A stretch of DNA of 63,862 nucleotides, filler included, from Octopus bimaculoides (Eukaryota), in assembly GCF_001194135.2 (NCBI RefSeq). It is 7 parts of 7 records of this genome, joined end to end, with 100 filler letters (N's around TTAATTAATTAA, not from the genome) between each part and the next. Parts side by side here need not be neighbours in the genome. Positions count along the whole stretch, not along the records: positions 36,343 to 45,755 come from NW_026399986.1; positions 45,856 to 53,426 come from NC_068985.1; positions 53,527 to 56,756 come from NC_068989.1; 4 more parts are not named here. One strand, written 5' to 3'. Below the pieces are notes generated by a model. The model ran no database searches, had not been told where the DNA came from, and worked only from the letters and a program-made list of their open reading frames with translations. This document shows positions 40,824 to 54,781 of this stretch, piece after piece; the stretch's first letter is position 1, and each line of letters opens with the position of its first letter. The position numbers and the translations under genes were made by a program.

Positions 40824-41159
40824 TTTGAGGTACTCATTCCATAAATTTGTATGGTTTTACTGTTTAATGCATTAAGTATTTTTACAGAAATCTTAGAAAA
40901 ATAACATTATGAATTATTATATAACAAAACTCGTGTAATAGAATCATTTCTGCAAGGAGAGAATAATAATATTTTTGCATACACACACACATGCACGCAA
41001 ACGCAAGAACACTCAGTGTACGTATGTATGTATGTATGTATGTATGTATGTATGTATGTATGTATGTAGGTATGTATGTATATCGTCAGTAGTTCATGTA
41101 TCCGAAAACGAAGTACACTCTAAAACATTAGACCAGTAATATATTTCATCAGTCAACAT

Positions 41160-41223
<64 letters not shown>

Positions 41224-41246
41224 CACATGTATGCATGCATGCACCG

Positions 41247-41277
<31 letters not shown>

Positions 41278-41447
41278 TATATTCATATATGAACATGCAA
41301 TATATTTGATAAAAGAATTTAGCTCTGTGTGTGTGTAGCAACGTCAACATCGCTGGAAGTCTGCTGATGATCACTGTAAATAGCGAGCCTCCCCCCCCCA
41401 CCATGTAACTATAATTCGAATATAGCAACACATTCACACACACATAC

Positions 41448-41485
<38 letters not shown>

Positions 41486-43409
41486 AAAGAGAGAAGAAAT
41501 CAGCCGACTGAAAATAAATCTCTAGTATATAGTAAAGTGAAGTTCCTTCCCGAATCATATAGACTCATAAGGTCTGGTTTCCCACCCTCCATGGCGTATA
41601 AATTCCCCACCTGGACAGGACGCCTGTCCGTCGCAGGATAACTCATTTTTGCCTGCTGAGTATTAATTCTATTCACTCTCGGCGGATATGGAGAGTAAAA
41701 ACCAGCTTTATTTACTTAACCTTCTTTTTTCTGAAGACATACATTATCTGATGTGACCCTGAAAATCGAAACTGAATTCCGATTCGTCTAACAATGTCAT
41801 ACTCTACGGCAGGCAAGGGCAACCTTTTACGAGAAGCGAGCCATATGAGACATGACTCATCACCAAGTGAGCCGCACTACTAAAATATGTTCAAGGTAAT
41901 TTTTCGTTAGGCAGAAAGTCCCGCGGGCCACACGTGACCCGCGGGACTTTCTGCTCTACGATATACGTTGTCATTGCATTAATAATTATGCTTATAGAGA
42001 AGTGGGAGTAATTCCTCATCGATCTCATTAATGGGGCCACTATGTCTTAGAAATAGCAACGAAATTTTCCTTAAATGACACATTTTACCATCTGAAAAAG
42101 AAAGATACGTTGAAAAATGTAGTCTTGAATAAAAAGACGGAATTTTCACAGTTGGGGAACCTCTGATTATAGATTTACTCATTCAAAGTCAACCTAGTCC
42201 TAAACGACGACAACAACAACAACAACAACAGCAGCAGCAGCAGCAGCAGCAGCAACTATAACAGCATAGGAGATTATTTGTAGGACATAGAATATACGAA
42301 AAAAGAGAAAAACACGAAGGGATGGTCATAGATGGAGTGCTTTTGGTCATAATCATGTGGATGGGGGTCGGCCTCCGGCTTAATAATAACAAATAAAATA
42401 TTTTATATTCACACTGAAAAGGCGAAAGATAAAGCCGATTGCAGTGGGATTTGAACTCGAGACGTTTTGGCAGCAAACTGCAATATATTCTGTGAAGAAT
42501 TCAAACCAGTATGTTACCGTTTTTGTCGCGACACAATCCAACTGACGCGTGTAACTTATAATAGTGGTTTCTAATATAAACACAAGGCTAGAAATTTTGG
42601 TGGGAGTGGTGTCAGTCGATTATATTGGTTTCCAGTACCTTCACAAGAACTGCATTTATCGACTCCAGAAGGATGAAAGGTAAACGTCTGCCTCGCTGGA
42701 ATTTGAACTCATGAAAGTCACAGAGAGAGAGAGAGAGAGAGAGAGAAGAGGAAGAGAAGTTTTCTTCCGTTTCTGCCACACAAACACCATTCTCAATACT
42801 ATAACAATTCTTTTTTTTTTTTTTTTTTTTTTTTCTTTTTTGTCACAAGGGCAATAGATGTAGGAACATTATAGGATAAACAACAAACAGGGGATGGTAG
42901 TAGGGTGGGGGGTAACAGTTTACATAGAATCGATATGAGAAAATATGTATTAATAATAATTTCTATCAAAAGTACATGACCTGAAATTTGAGACAGAGAA
43001 GGGGGTTAGTCGATTAAATAAATTCCAGTACTTAATTGATATTTTATGCTATTGCCCCAACCCCAAAAGGAGATAAGAAAAAAAATAAAGTTGACCTCAG
43101 AGGGGTCATATAAAGGACCGTAACGAAATATCGCAAGATAATTTGTCTCATGCCCTTACGATTTTGCTTATCAATAATAATATTAAAGATTTCACGCAAG
43201 GCAGTTCAGTGATAGATTTGACAAAGTAGTGGTTCATATTCCTAGTAGTATTTAGTTACGTCTGTTTACAGCAGTGACTCTTAACCGTTTTGGGGGGGCC
43301 TCCTTTGATTCCAATTTTATTCTACTGGATCTGCATAGCCATTCGATGTATAATTAAAAGAAAATCCTACTGTATTTTTTAATAATTAACTATTATTAGA
43401 AATTGTATC

Positions 43410-44745
<1,336 letters not shown>

Positions 44746-45508
44746 CCTTGGTAACACTTATTCTATTGCTCTGTTTTGCCGAATCTCTAATGTTGTGAAC
44801 TGATAGTGTATATATAAAGGAGACCACGGTTAGGCATAATCTATAACATCGTTTCTCAACTTTTTCGGGTTCCGTTTCGATTGGAGTCTCCAGCTGTATG
44901 AAAATTTCCTGACTCCACCCCGACTCAGAAATAGCTACTATGAACATAGAAAGAAATTATACCTTAATAATAATAATTATAATAATAATAATAATAATAA
45001 TAAACAGCAGCAACAATAGCAATGTTGTGTTAATAAAAATAATTAAATAATGCAAGCAATGAAAGAGCAAACGACAAGAACGAGATAAAAACAAAAGCAA
45101 TCATAAACATTCTGCATCTACTTACTTTATGAAACGATGTATAAGTTTGGAAAAGTAGGTGTGTGCGAAAGCACAGAGGCATTTGTTTTGAAAAAGGAAA
45201 ATAAATTTAAACGTCTTTTCTTTTTCTTTTTTCTTTTGTTATTTTTCCCCCCCACCACCTTTCTGTCTTTAAATTTCCTTTCCTTTTTTTCCCCTCTCTC
45301 TCTCTCTCTTTTTCTCTTCCTGTCTCTGCCACTATCTTTCGTTCACACTATACCTCTCACTCTCCCTCTTTTGTTTTTGTTTTTGTTTTTTGTTTTTACA
45401 AACTTATTGAGTTAAGATTGCGAAATAGCTATGTAGTTGTTTATAAAGTCTAAGTAATAAGTAACTAGATGTAGGAGATGAGAAGAGACAGATTACCAGC
45501 ATTTATTG

Positions 45509-45549
<41 letters not shown>

Positions 45550-45855
45550 CAAACCAAAACAAGTGTTTATATATATATTAACAAACAAACAAACGGAGAT
45601 TGTCTTTCAATGGTTCCTTATTGTGTGTTGTCACAGAAATTCAACAGTGAGACACGAGACACCATGGGATGCCGGCAGTGAGGCTAGGGACAAGGGTTTT
45701 GTGAGTAGATTTAAGTAGTGGTAGTGGCGGCGGCGGCAATGGTAAAGATGATGATNNNNNNNNNNNNNNNNNNNNNNNNNNNNNNNNNNNNNNNNNNNNT
45801 TAATTAATTAANNNNNNNNNNNNNNNNNNNNNNNNNNNNNNNNNNNNNNNNNNNN

Positions 45856-46120
45856 GAAACTGAAAGAAGCCCGTCGTATATATGTATATATATGTATGTG
45901 TGTATATGTTTGTGTGTCTGTGTTTGTACCCCCAGCTTCGCTTGACAACCGATGCTGGTGTGTTTACGTCCCCGTAACTTAGCGGTTCAGCAAAAAGAGA
46001 CCGATAGAATAAGTACTAAGCTTCCAAAGAATAAGTCCTGGGGTCGATTTTCTCGACTAAAGGCGGTGCTCCAGCATGGCCACAGTCAAATGACTGAAAC
46101 CAGTAAAAGAGTAAAAGAGT
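45856..46120 (+). mobile_element. SINE family B body and tail (head lost in gap)
   Basis: gaaactgaaagaagcccgtcg...aagtcctggggtcgatt...gtgctccagcatggccacagtc. Confidence 0.85.
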
Positions 46121-46150
46121 ATATATATATATATATATATACATATATAC

Positions 46151-46190
<40 letters not shown>

Positions 46191-47259
46191 GATGAGAAAA
46201 AGAGAGAGGAGGTAGAGAGAAGGAGATGAGGTAGAGAGAGGGAGAGGAGGTAGAGAGAGGGAGAGCGAGCGAGAGAGAGAGATAGATAGATAGATAGAGA
46301 GAGAGAATTCAGAGTTGGTTCAAGTATTAGACAGGTACTTTTCATTGACTCCAGAAGGATGAAAGACAAAGTTGCTTTGTACGGATTTGAACTTACATTG
46401 CGGTCAGCCGGAACAAATCTAAATTGTGCTATAAGAAAAATGTGCCAATTCGTCATCTTTTCTGACTTGCAAAAGACCCTTATTATTTTGTGTGCTCAGA
46501 GTAGCAGAGGGGACAGAATTGTTAGAACGTTGGATAAAATGGCATAATGCAATGAGTTGTGGCTTTTACATTCTAGGTTGAAATTTCGCAGAGGCTGTCT
46601 TTACCTTTCATCTGATTGATGAACAGGTTAATTAAAGACTAGAACTCATAAAATATTAGTTTATCCTACCATCATTACCATAAACTTCTAGAGGAGGAGT
46701 ATGAAGGACGACAAGGTTGTTGTAGCATCAGACAAGACGTTTTGCGGCGTTTAGTTTCTGTCTTTTTTGGTTTGGGTGTTGTTTAATCTCATCAGTTGAC
46801 TTTGCCATGCGACCTTCTGTAGTCGATAAAATTAGTATCCTCCAAATCTTAGAATCGATCTAATCAAATATACCCAGTCGCAAATTTATGACGTCGTGTC
46901 TACTTAGAAATCTTTGGAAATATGTTTTTCCTTGATAAATATAGAGGAGACAATCTGGACATATTTAATCTCTTTTAGAAGGCTTCTAAAACAAAGCATA
47001 GCTTCTTCATAACTTGCCAAAGTATTAAAGAGTAAAACGTTTGCTATATTAAGCCGTAAATTTGTCGGCATGGAAAAATAAATAAATGCTACAAGATTAA
47101 ATTTGTCTGAATACTATCTACGTAATAATTATCAAACAGTGACAGTCTGATATGAAAATATATTTGGTGATTAAAATATTCAGCTAAAGCGTAATCACAT
47201 GCAGTAAAAGAAATGCAAACATAATCTACGACTAATATTTTTTCATTAGCAATAAGGTG

Positions 47260-47540
47260 AATGTTTTGCGTCACCGGCATCTAAAAAATATCCTGAAGAT
47301 CACCTGACGTGACCAAAATCACAATCAATGAAATCATGAAAAGAGCTAGCCTAAGTAATCTGCAAGACACCATTGCAACCAAACGAAGAAAACTGCTGGG
47401 CCGTGTATCGCACTTACCATTGAAGAGACCGGTAAGGACATCAGTCGAGTGGACAGTTGAAGGAGGAAGGAAAAGAGAAGCAGGCTTGTGAAGACGTGGC
47501 ACAGGACTGTGCGGGAAGATTTGACCGGGATGAGTGTCAC
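47260..47540 (+). mobile_element. RTE-like LINE C-terminal fragment
   Basis: KITINEIMKRASL..LQDTIATKRRKLLGRVSHLPLKRP...W.VEGGRKR...KTWHRTVREDL. Confidence 0.7.
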
Positions 47541-47789
47541 CTGGGAAAAAAGGGTGCAGTTTGGTTCAGAACTCCTTGGAGAATTCTCATCACACTCTTT
47601 GAGCGAACGAAGATAACATCATCATCCTCAGTAGCAGCAACAATTAAGGCAGATATCTCCTGATTCGTTTTGCCTTTCTTTGAACACTCCTCAGCATGGT
47701 ATAAGGTGCTAGGTAGCTTGTCGAAATTTCGCTTTTGCATCTAGTTTGCAAGATTCTTTATGCGAATTTGTGTGTTGACACAAATTTTG

Positions 47790-47979
47790 TTGTGTCTCAG
47801 GAGAGTCATTATGCCAATATTATTTACACACGCACTGGTTAAATCCCACTCTTTTATTATTAGTCAATTGGTTAAATATCCAACTAACTAATCGATTATT
47901 CTAAAAATTTTCTAAAGGAGTGGAATTAAACCAGTGCGTGTGTTAATAAAATTGGCATAATGACTCTCCTTAGACACAA
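47790..47979. mobile_element. MITE with about 66-bp TIRs, related to the 35204 foldback
   Basis: ttgtgtctcaggagagtcattatgccaa... matches the reverse complement of ...ttggcataatgactctccttagacacaa. Confidence 0.85.
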
Positions 47980-48502
47980 GGTATTAACATAGCAACGTAT
48001 ACTACACGTTACATTTGTTGACGTGGAATAAACGAAATATCGAAAAGTTTTATTCGTAATATCAGTTGTTTAACGCATTCATTTCTTGAGCTGGTGAGAG
48101 AAACACCAATGTAATAACAGTTCCTGGAGTAACAGGAATCTAAGTAGAGTGAGTTCTTTAGAATATAAAGAATTTATCACGTGTGAATAAAGAAAAATTT
48201 TGCTTTCAAATTCAGTTAGGAAGATGGAACGCAAATAAGAAGAAATGAAGGAAAAAGGAAAAATAAAGAAATTGGATCTGATATTCTTGTAAATTATTAC
48301 AGTGATCAAAGAACCTATTGTTTGATTGAGATCTTAGATGTTGGCATACGCTTGTTCGAAATATATTTGCCTCTGGTTATAAGTTTCTGTCTTGTATATA
48401 ATACCGTTGGTTCTAATAGTATCACATCTTATCGAATGATATTGTAGGTCATCATAATTATTCAGCATTCTTTATACATGATATTGTATATGTATATACA
48501 CA

Positions 48503-48850
48503 CTCAGACCTCGGTACTACGGATCTCCCTTTAACGGATTTCGGAAGCAGCGGACAAAACCACGGCATATTAGCAACGCCTCTTCACCATCCATAGTAAG
48601 TCTGATTTTAAATTAAAAATGTTGAATTTACTGTATTATAGTGTATATTTACAGTGTACAGGTATTTTACACTGTCAGATTGGATTGCGTACTTGATTAA
48701 AAGCACAATACTGTATTTATTCCTCTGTCTTTCGTAAGGTAATTGTTGATATTAGCCACTCCTAACGTAACCTTAGTGTCGGCACCTTCGGACTATCAGC
48801 TTCATCGGACCGATGTTCCCAGCTTTTAGTCCGTAGTACCGAGGTAGGAG
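48503..48850. mobile_element. Tc1/pogo (Tigger-like) MITE
   Basis: Perfect 16-bp inverted repeat acctcggtactacgga (48508-48523) / tccgtagtaccgaggt (48830-48845); TA follows the right end. Confidence 0.7.
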
Positions 48851-49932
48851 TAGACCTATATTTTCCTTTGCTATGTCATTGTACCACCATAAGTAACTAA
48901 AGGACCCTATAGGGAAATATCATTTGTCAACTCAGACAATGAACTTCATCACCAAAACAAAGTTTGCTTCTTGACCCTACAACATCTGAATTCATTGAGG
49001 AAGTGCCTTCTGTGACTATACTACCCATCCCTATGCCCTCACAAATATCAAAACAAGTCTGGCCTTCTCCCACTCCTTTATCATTACCATTCCTTTCTCT
49101 TTCTCCACCACCTTCTATTTTTCCTTCCCAAATACACACAGCACTGCCCACATACCCAAATGAACCTTTTGATTGGTGAAAATCGATAAACATCCTTCAG
49201 TTATACATTCGTTGCTTCCAACTTTAATGCCATTTCGCCTGATGAAAGGAACGCTTAAGCTAAAATTCACCTGATGTCCATGGATATTACGGATTGTACT
49301 GTAATCATCCCAGGAATACGAACTATGATCATAAGAAACAAGTTATTTGTGGAAACGCACGTAGAAATGCATTAAAATATTTATAAATTCCATTTATGGA
49401 GTATTATTATTATTACTATATTTATCCTTACATTATATCGGCACAACTCGGTACAACTCCATAAAACTCCTATTGCAAGTTGGTACCATTAGGCAGTAGC
49501 CGATATAATAAAATAGGAGCTTTTATATCTGTACTCAAAAACGTTTCCTGTGAACGAACTTAAAGAATGTATATGTATGTACTGGCTCGTCAGTGGATCA
49601 TATATCCGAAAAAGAAGCACACTCTATACGTTAGAGCAGCAATGCATTTATAGAAAGTTAGTTATATGGCCTGTCATGGAGTGACCAATAGTTTCGCACC
49701 TATAAAGCGCTTTGCCTTATAGACGCTTTGTCAGACTCCAATGGCCTTAGATATAGTAAAACTGGATATAGTAAAACGTTACGGTCAGTTAATTTTGTAA
49801 ACAAAAAAATAAATTTTCTGAGCTTTAGTTGGGACGGGTTATCACCCTTAGATCGGTTGCACTCAGTAAATTTTTGCGGCCCTAATCAACGAACGGGTAA
49901 TCCCCGCCCTAAGCTTGGTTCCAGCAAGTAAA

Positions 49933-52178
49933 TCTATAATATAAATACCGTTCTGTGTGTGTGTGTGTGCGCGTGTGTGTGTGCATGTGTGTATGTGTGT
50001 AAAAGATTATAACGGCTAATTTTTTTCAACTGATTTTCTCCAAACTGGGAACATATATTACATATGTTCCAGGAATGGTTTTAGACTCTTAAATTTTTTT
50101 TTTCATAATGAGTAACGGGACCCCTGGGGACAGAAAACACCCATTCCTGGGTTACATGGAGAAGGGAGATAACTCTTTGCGAAGTAACTTTCAGGAATTG
50201 ATTGTCTCCCTTACATCCATTAGTCAAAAAATTATCACAATTTCATCTAATATATAAAATAGAGATGTGTGTGTATTCGATTTTCACGCGAAAACGTCTT
50301 CACCAATTGTTTCCATACTTGTGATGCGTGAATTATTTGACCTCGGACACATGTTAGGCCCTTCATTTCATTTTTTAAATTAAAAATAAAAAAAATATTG
50401 CTTTTTATATTAGGTCCACGTATTTGAAAGTTTTTAAAAATGTCTCCCTATCTATGAATATAAAAATATTCATTTTCCTGGAAGTTATGACCTTCCAAAG
50501 TCGGCGGTGGGGTACAATTCTGTAGTTATGCCATATATACATATATATACACCTTGAGCAGGTGTCTTCTGCTATAGCCGTCTATATTGTCCCCCACCCC
50601 CATTGCAAAACACTTTCACCGCAAATTTTTGTATATTCGGAATCTACATAATCTAATATATAAAATAGAGATGTGTGTGTATTCGATTTTCACGCGAAAA
50701 CGTCTTCACCAATTGTTTCCATACTTGTGATGCGTGAATTATTTGACCTCGGACACATGTTAGGCTCTTCATTTCATTTTTTTAATTAAAAATAAAAAAA
50801 ATATTGCTTTTTATATTAGGTTCACGTATTTGAAAGTTTTTAAAGATGTCTCCCTATCTATATCTCTCTATCCATTTCTCTCTATCTCTATCTTTCTATA
50901 TCTCTCTATCTATATCTCTCTATCTATATCTCTCTATCCCTCTCTATCTCTATATCTATCTCTATATCTATCTCTCTGTGTCTATCTGTCTATATCTTAT
51001 CTATAGTGAAGGCGCGTGGCTTAGTGGTTAGGGCATTCGGCTCACGATCGTAAGGTCGTGAGGTCAATTCCCCGTGACTTGTTGTGTCCTTGAGCAAGAC
51101 ACTTTATTTCACGTTGCTCCAGTCCACTCAGCTGACAAAAATGAGTAGTACCTGTATTTCAAAGGGCCGGTCTTGTCACACTTTGTGTCACGCTGAATCT
51201 CCCTGTGTTTTTTTTTTGTTGGTGACGGAATTACTGATAAAAGTAAGTTTATAATTTACTGACAAAAGTAACTTCAAAAATTTCACTTAAATTCGTATAC
51301 TTAGTTAATTTCCCTAAAAATGTCTTATTTGCTTTTGCAACGGTTTTGTGTTTTTTTGTTGATACGGTCTTTCTTCTGTTTCCTTCGATACTGGCCCTTT
51401 GGTTCAGTAAGTGACAAATTTCGCTTCAACCCGAACAATTCTTTATTGTCCGTAAAGATTTCTTATTTACTTTCTGCCCATCATATTAAAAAATATAATT
51501 TCCGTTACCCAGTTATTTTCATTGTTTACTATCTTCTACACCGGTGTATTTTTGTATACGTATATAACCATGCCTAGAAGGAAAGTGTCATATTTGTCTA
51601 CAATGTCAAGATCAGCCAAAAGAATGTCTCTGTCCAGGGAAAGAGAGAGCTGCAGAAAGGGAAGCATACCAAGAAACGAACAGACTGTGCACTACAAAAA
51701 CCAGAGCATCTCAAATTGATGAACAGAGGTATGCACAGCTGACAAGGAATAGGATCTCGACTGCAGAACGAAAAGCAGTTGCAACAGCTCAGAGAAGCAA
51801 CTTCTATGAAGCAGCTTTCAATTATGTTCCAGAAGTTCATTATGCAGATGACACTAGAGTTTCCATTGGTGCAATGACAACTGAGTACATACATTGCAAA
51901 GCAAGTAAGTCGCCTGGAGAGACACCTGCACTGTGGTGCAGTGGCGGAAAAGTTAAACTCCCTGCAATCTCCCAACCTCCAGAGCCATTGAAGAAACTGT
52001 TGTCATCAACTGATCAAGATTCCAAGCACTTCCAAACAAAATTAGACAACACAACGCTGCGCTACAGATGACATCATTTGGAGCGACAAGAGATTTAACT
52101 GAGCCAGGATTCACGCAAAATTTCAAGATCCAAGGTCAGATTTATCATTGGATTGGCTCTCTACTACTTCTATCAAAC

Positions 52179-52180
<2 letters not shown>
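49933..52180 (+). mobile_element. Helitron 5' region with stacked termini and a decayed RepHel N-terminus
   Basis: A|TC starts 'tctaatatataaaat'. Peptides AFNYVPEVHY...VSIGAMTT..IHCKASK.PGETP..WCSGGKVKLP...PPEPLKKLL and QMTSFGA...FKIQGQIYHWIGSLL match the Helitron Rep N-terminal region. Confidence 0.85.
51008..51205 (+). mobile_element. tRNA-derived SINE (family A-related), 3'-truncated, inserted in the Helitron
   Basis: A-box 'tggcttagtgg'; central 'ttgtcacactttgtgtcacgctgaatctccc' is shared with family A. Confidence 0.82.
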
Positions 52181-52199
<19 letters not shown>

Positions 52200-52213
<14 letters not shown>

Positions 52214-52420
52214 TGTATTTGTGTGTCTGTGTTTGTTCCCCACCATCGCTTGACAACCGATGTTGGTGTGTTTATGTCCCCGTAACATAGCGGTTCGGCA
52301 AAAGAGAACGACAGAATAAGTACTAGACTTACAAAGAATAAGTCCTGGGGTCAGTTTGTTCGACTAAAGGCGGTGCTCTAGCATGACTGAAACAAGTAAA
52401 AGAATAAAAATAAAAGAATA
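52200..52420 (+). mobile_element. SINE family B body and tail at the point where the Helitron homology ends
   Basis: cgcttgacaaccgatg...aagtcctggggtc. Confidence 0.85.
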
Positions 52421-52689
52421 TAAATACAAATGCAGTAAAATGACAAAATAGTGAAGGCAGAAAGCTTCATACAATGCTGAAAGGAAGAAGTTTGATAAAC
52501 ATTATTTTCCAGGCATAAAGGTCTATCATCAGAAATAAACAGTCAAGAAATGTCAGTTTATATAGGGCCGGCATGTTGATCGTTGTAAGGACAGAGGTTC
52601 TACTGTGTCCGGACAACCATCATCATGCCATCACGGTCGGTACTATATAAATTAGCCTTTTTTTAATCCATTTATAAAGGTTATTAAAC

Positions 52690-52777
52690 TTTTTTCTTTA
52701 CGCATTTTAAGAAGCTGTTCGCCTTCACTACGTTGTAATCTTTATCACGATGCCTCAAGCAAGCTACAACACGCTTC

Positions 52778-52840
<63 letters not shown>

Positions 52841-53090
52841 TATCTCTTGTCAAAGAAAATATTTCTCCAGCTTTCGCTATTTTTACCCTCGTTCTGGTCT
52901 AACAACCCTCCATGTTTGCTTTCGTTCGGTTTCCTTGTATGTCTCCACTGTCCTGTTTTTGTTCCCAGCTTTGACCCTCCATGAATCCCAAATTTTATTT
53001 TGGTACTTATGGGAGCAACTGTCATCGAAGGGTCATATTGTCGTTCAATGCTCGAAATGAGGAGTAGATAGGCAGCCGACAACTGATGAA
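52690..53090 (-). mobile_element. Very decayed mariner catalytic-domain fragment split by (TG)n
   Basis: GIHGGSKLGTKTGQWRHTRKP...IFFDKR, cf. WIHGYD.ETKQQSSQWRH...VFFD.RG. Confidence 0.55.
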
Positions 53091-53251
53091 AGGTCGTTCT
53101 TTATGTTACTTGTCCTGTTTTCCATTTGTTTCTCTCGTTGTTTGCGTATTGAACTCATTTGTTTTCGTATTTCATGTTGTTTACTGTTGGTGACGTCCTG
53201 TACCCATATATGCATAAGTATGCATATATATATATATATGTATATACATGC

Positions 53252-53282
<31 letters not shown>

Positions 53283-54704
53283 CATACACACACACACGCA
53301 TATATATACATATATATATACACACACATATATATATATATATACATATATATATGTATATATATACATATATATATGTATATATATACATATATATATA
53401 TGTATATATATATGCATACATATACANNNNNNNNNNNNNNNNNNNNNNNNNNNNNNNNNNNNNNNNNNNNTTAATTAATTAANNNNNNNNNNNNNNNNNN
53501 NNNNNNNNNNNNNNNNNNNNNNNNNNGTGGTGGTGGTGGTGGTGGTGGTGGTGGTGGTGGTGTTAATGGGGTGACTGAGTTAATAGTGGTGATGGCTGTA
53601 GGGGTGGTGGTGACGATGGTACTGGTGGTGGTGGTGGTGGTTATGGTGGCTGTGGTGGTGGTGGTGGTACTGATATTGATGTTAATAATGATAGCAGTAC
53701 TGATAATGCTAGCCATGGCGGACACACACACACAAACACACACACACACACATACACAAACACATTCACACTCACTCACACACACACAGACACACACATA
53801 TATATATATTGGGTCATCCCGTAAATAATGCAGTATTTTCAATTGCATGAACTGAATGTCGGAGGGGGAATAGTAGTAGGAGCGTCATTGAATAGTGAGA
53901 GAGCGGCGGAGGGGGGGTCTAAGTGTGACACACTGACACACAGAAATTAGTAGTAATAAGGTTTTTACGGCCAATTTTTGCTCTTATTTGGAGCATTCAT
54001 TCATATGTTTGAATACACAAAGCATGTTTATTTTCAGACAATGTTTCACAGCCATATCGCATAAACCAAATCTCATGACAAAACAGCTATCCGTACCTAT
54101 CCATTCAAATCTAATTTTCCTTGGTTAGACCAAATGACCTAATATTACTGCATTGGTATTCCTGTTTTGAAGTGTGTTACCTCCTGAATTTTGCATAACC
54201 TGTCTTAACTCATTTTGTGAAGTCTTTCTTTGTAGTGTTTTAGTTATTTGTTTTTCAATTTCAGATGGGTTTTTTTGTTTGTTTTGGATTTTAAATTTTG
54301 TGTAATATTTCGCATTGAGGTTGAGGTATTTTGACCTATTTTTTTTTATTTCTTTTAATTTTTGTTTTATTTTTTGTTTGCTTCTGTTGTTTTGCATTTT
54401 TGTTCACTTGGTATTTGGGTTTATTTTTTGATTTGGTTGAATCTTGATTGGTTTCTTTTTTTTTTTTTTTGGTCAGTTATTTTTAGCGTTTTGACAGATA
54501 AAGTCATTCTAAACTTGTTTTTTAACGTAAGCGTGCCCAAACAAGTCAAATGCTTACACAGAGAAGGTTTTACAGTAACATCATCCAAACCGACTGGTTG
54601 AAACCGGGCTTAGCTTCTAGTATATATATATAAGTAGCACGTGGTCAGTTGTAATGCAAAATATATATATATAAAATAACAGAAGGAAAATGCACACACT
54701 TTAC

Positions 54705-54744
<40 letters not shown>

Positions 54745-54748
54745 TGTT

Positions 54749-54781
54749 TGTCGACTGGTTTCGCTATCACTAATCATGACA
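54749..54781 (-). ncRNA. Degenerate minimal hammerhead at the Penelope 3' end
   Basis: Reverse complement reads tgtc-ATGATTA-g-tgatag-c-GAAAC-ca-GTC-gaca; helix I is tgtc/gaca. Confidence 0.55.

Noticed and set aside
41979-42095. Strong minus-strand acceptor (tctttctttttcag) leading to GKMCHLRKISLLFLRHSGPINEIDEELLPLLYKHNY*
   Set aside because: No donor or partner exon was found. The peptide could equally be a decayed transposase scrap (EIDE-like motif), so it is too weak to call.
49232-49368. CTGATGA ... GAAAC-gcac-GTA-gaaat hammerhead-like arrangement
   Set aside because: The helix I 5' arm is offset by 2 nt and over 100 nt separate the core halves with no clear helix II. It is possibly a Penelope tail but too degenerate to call.
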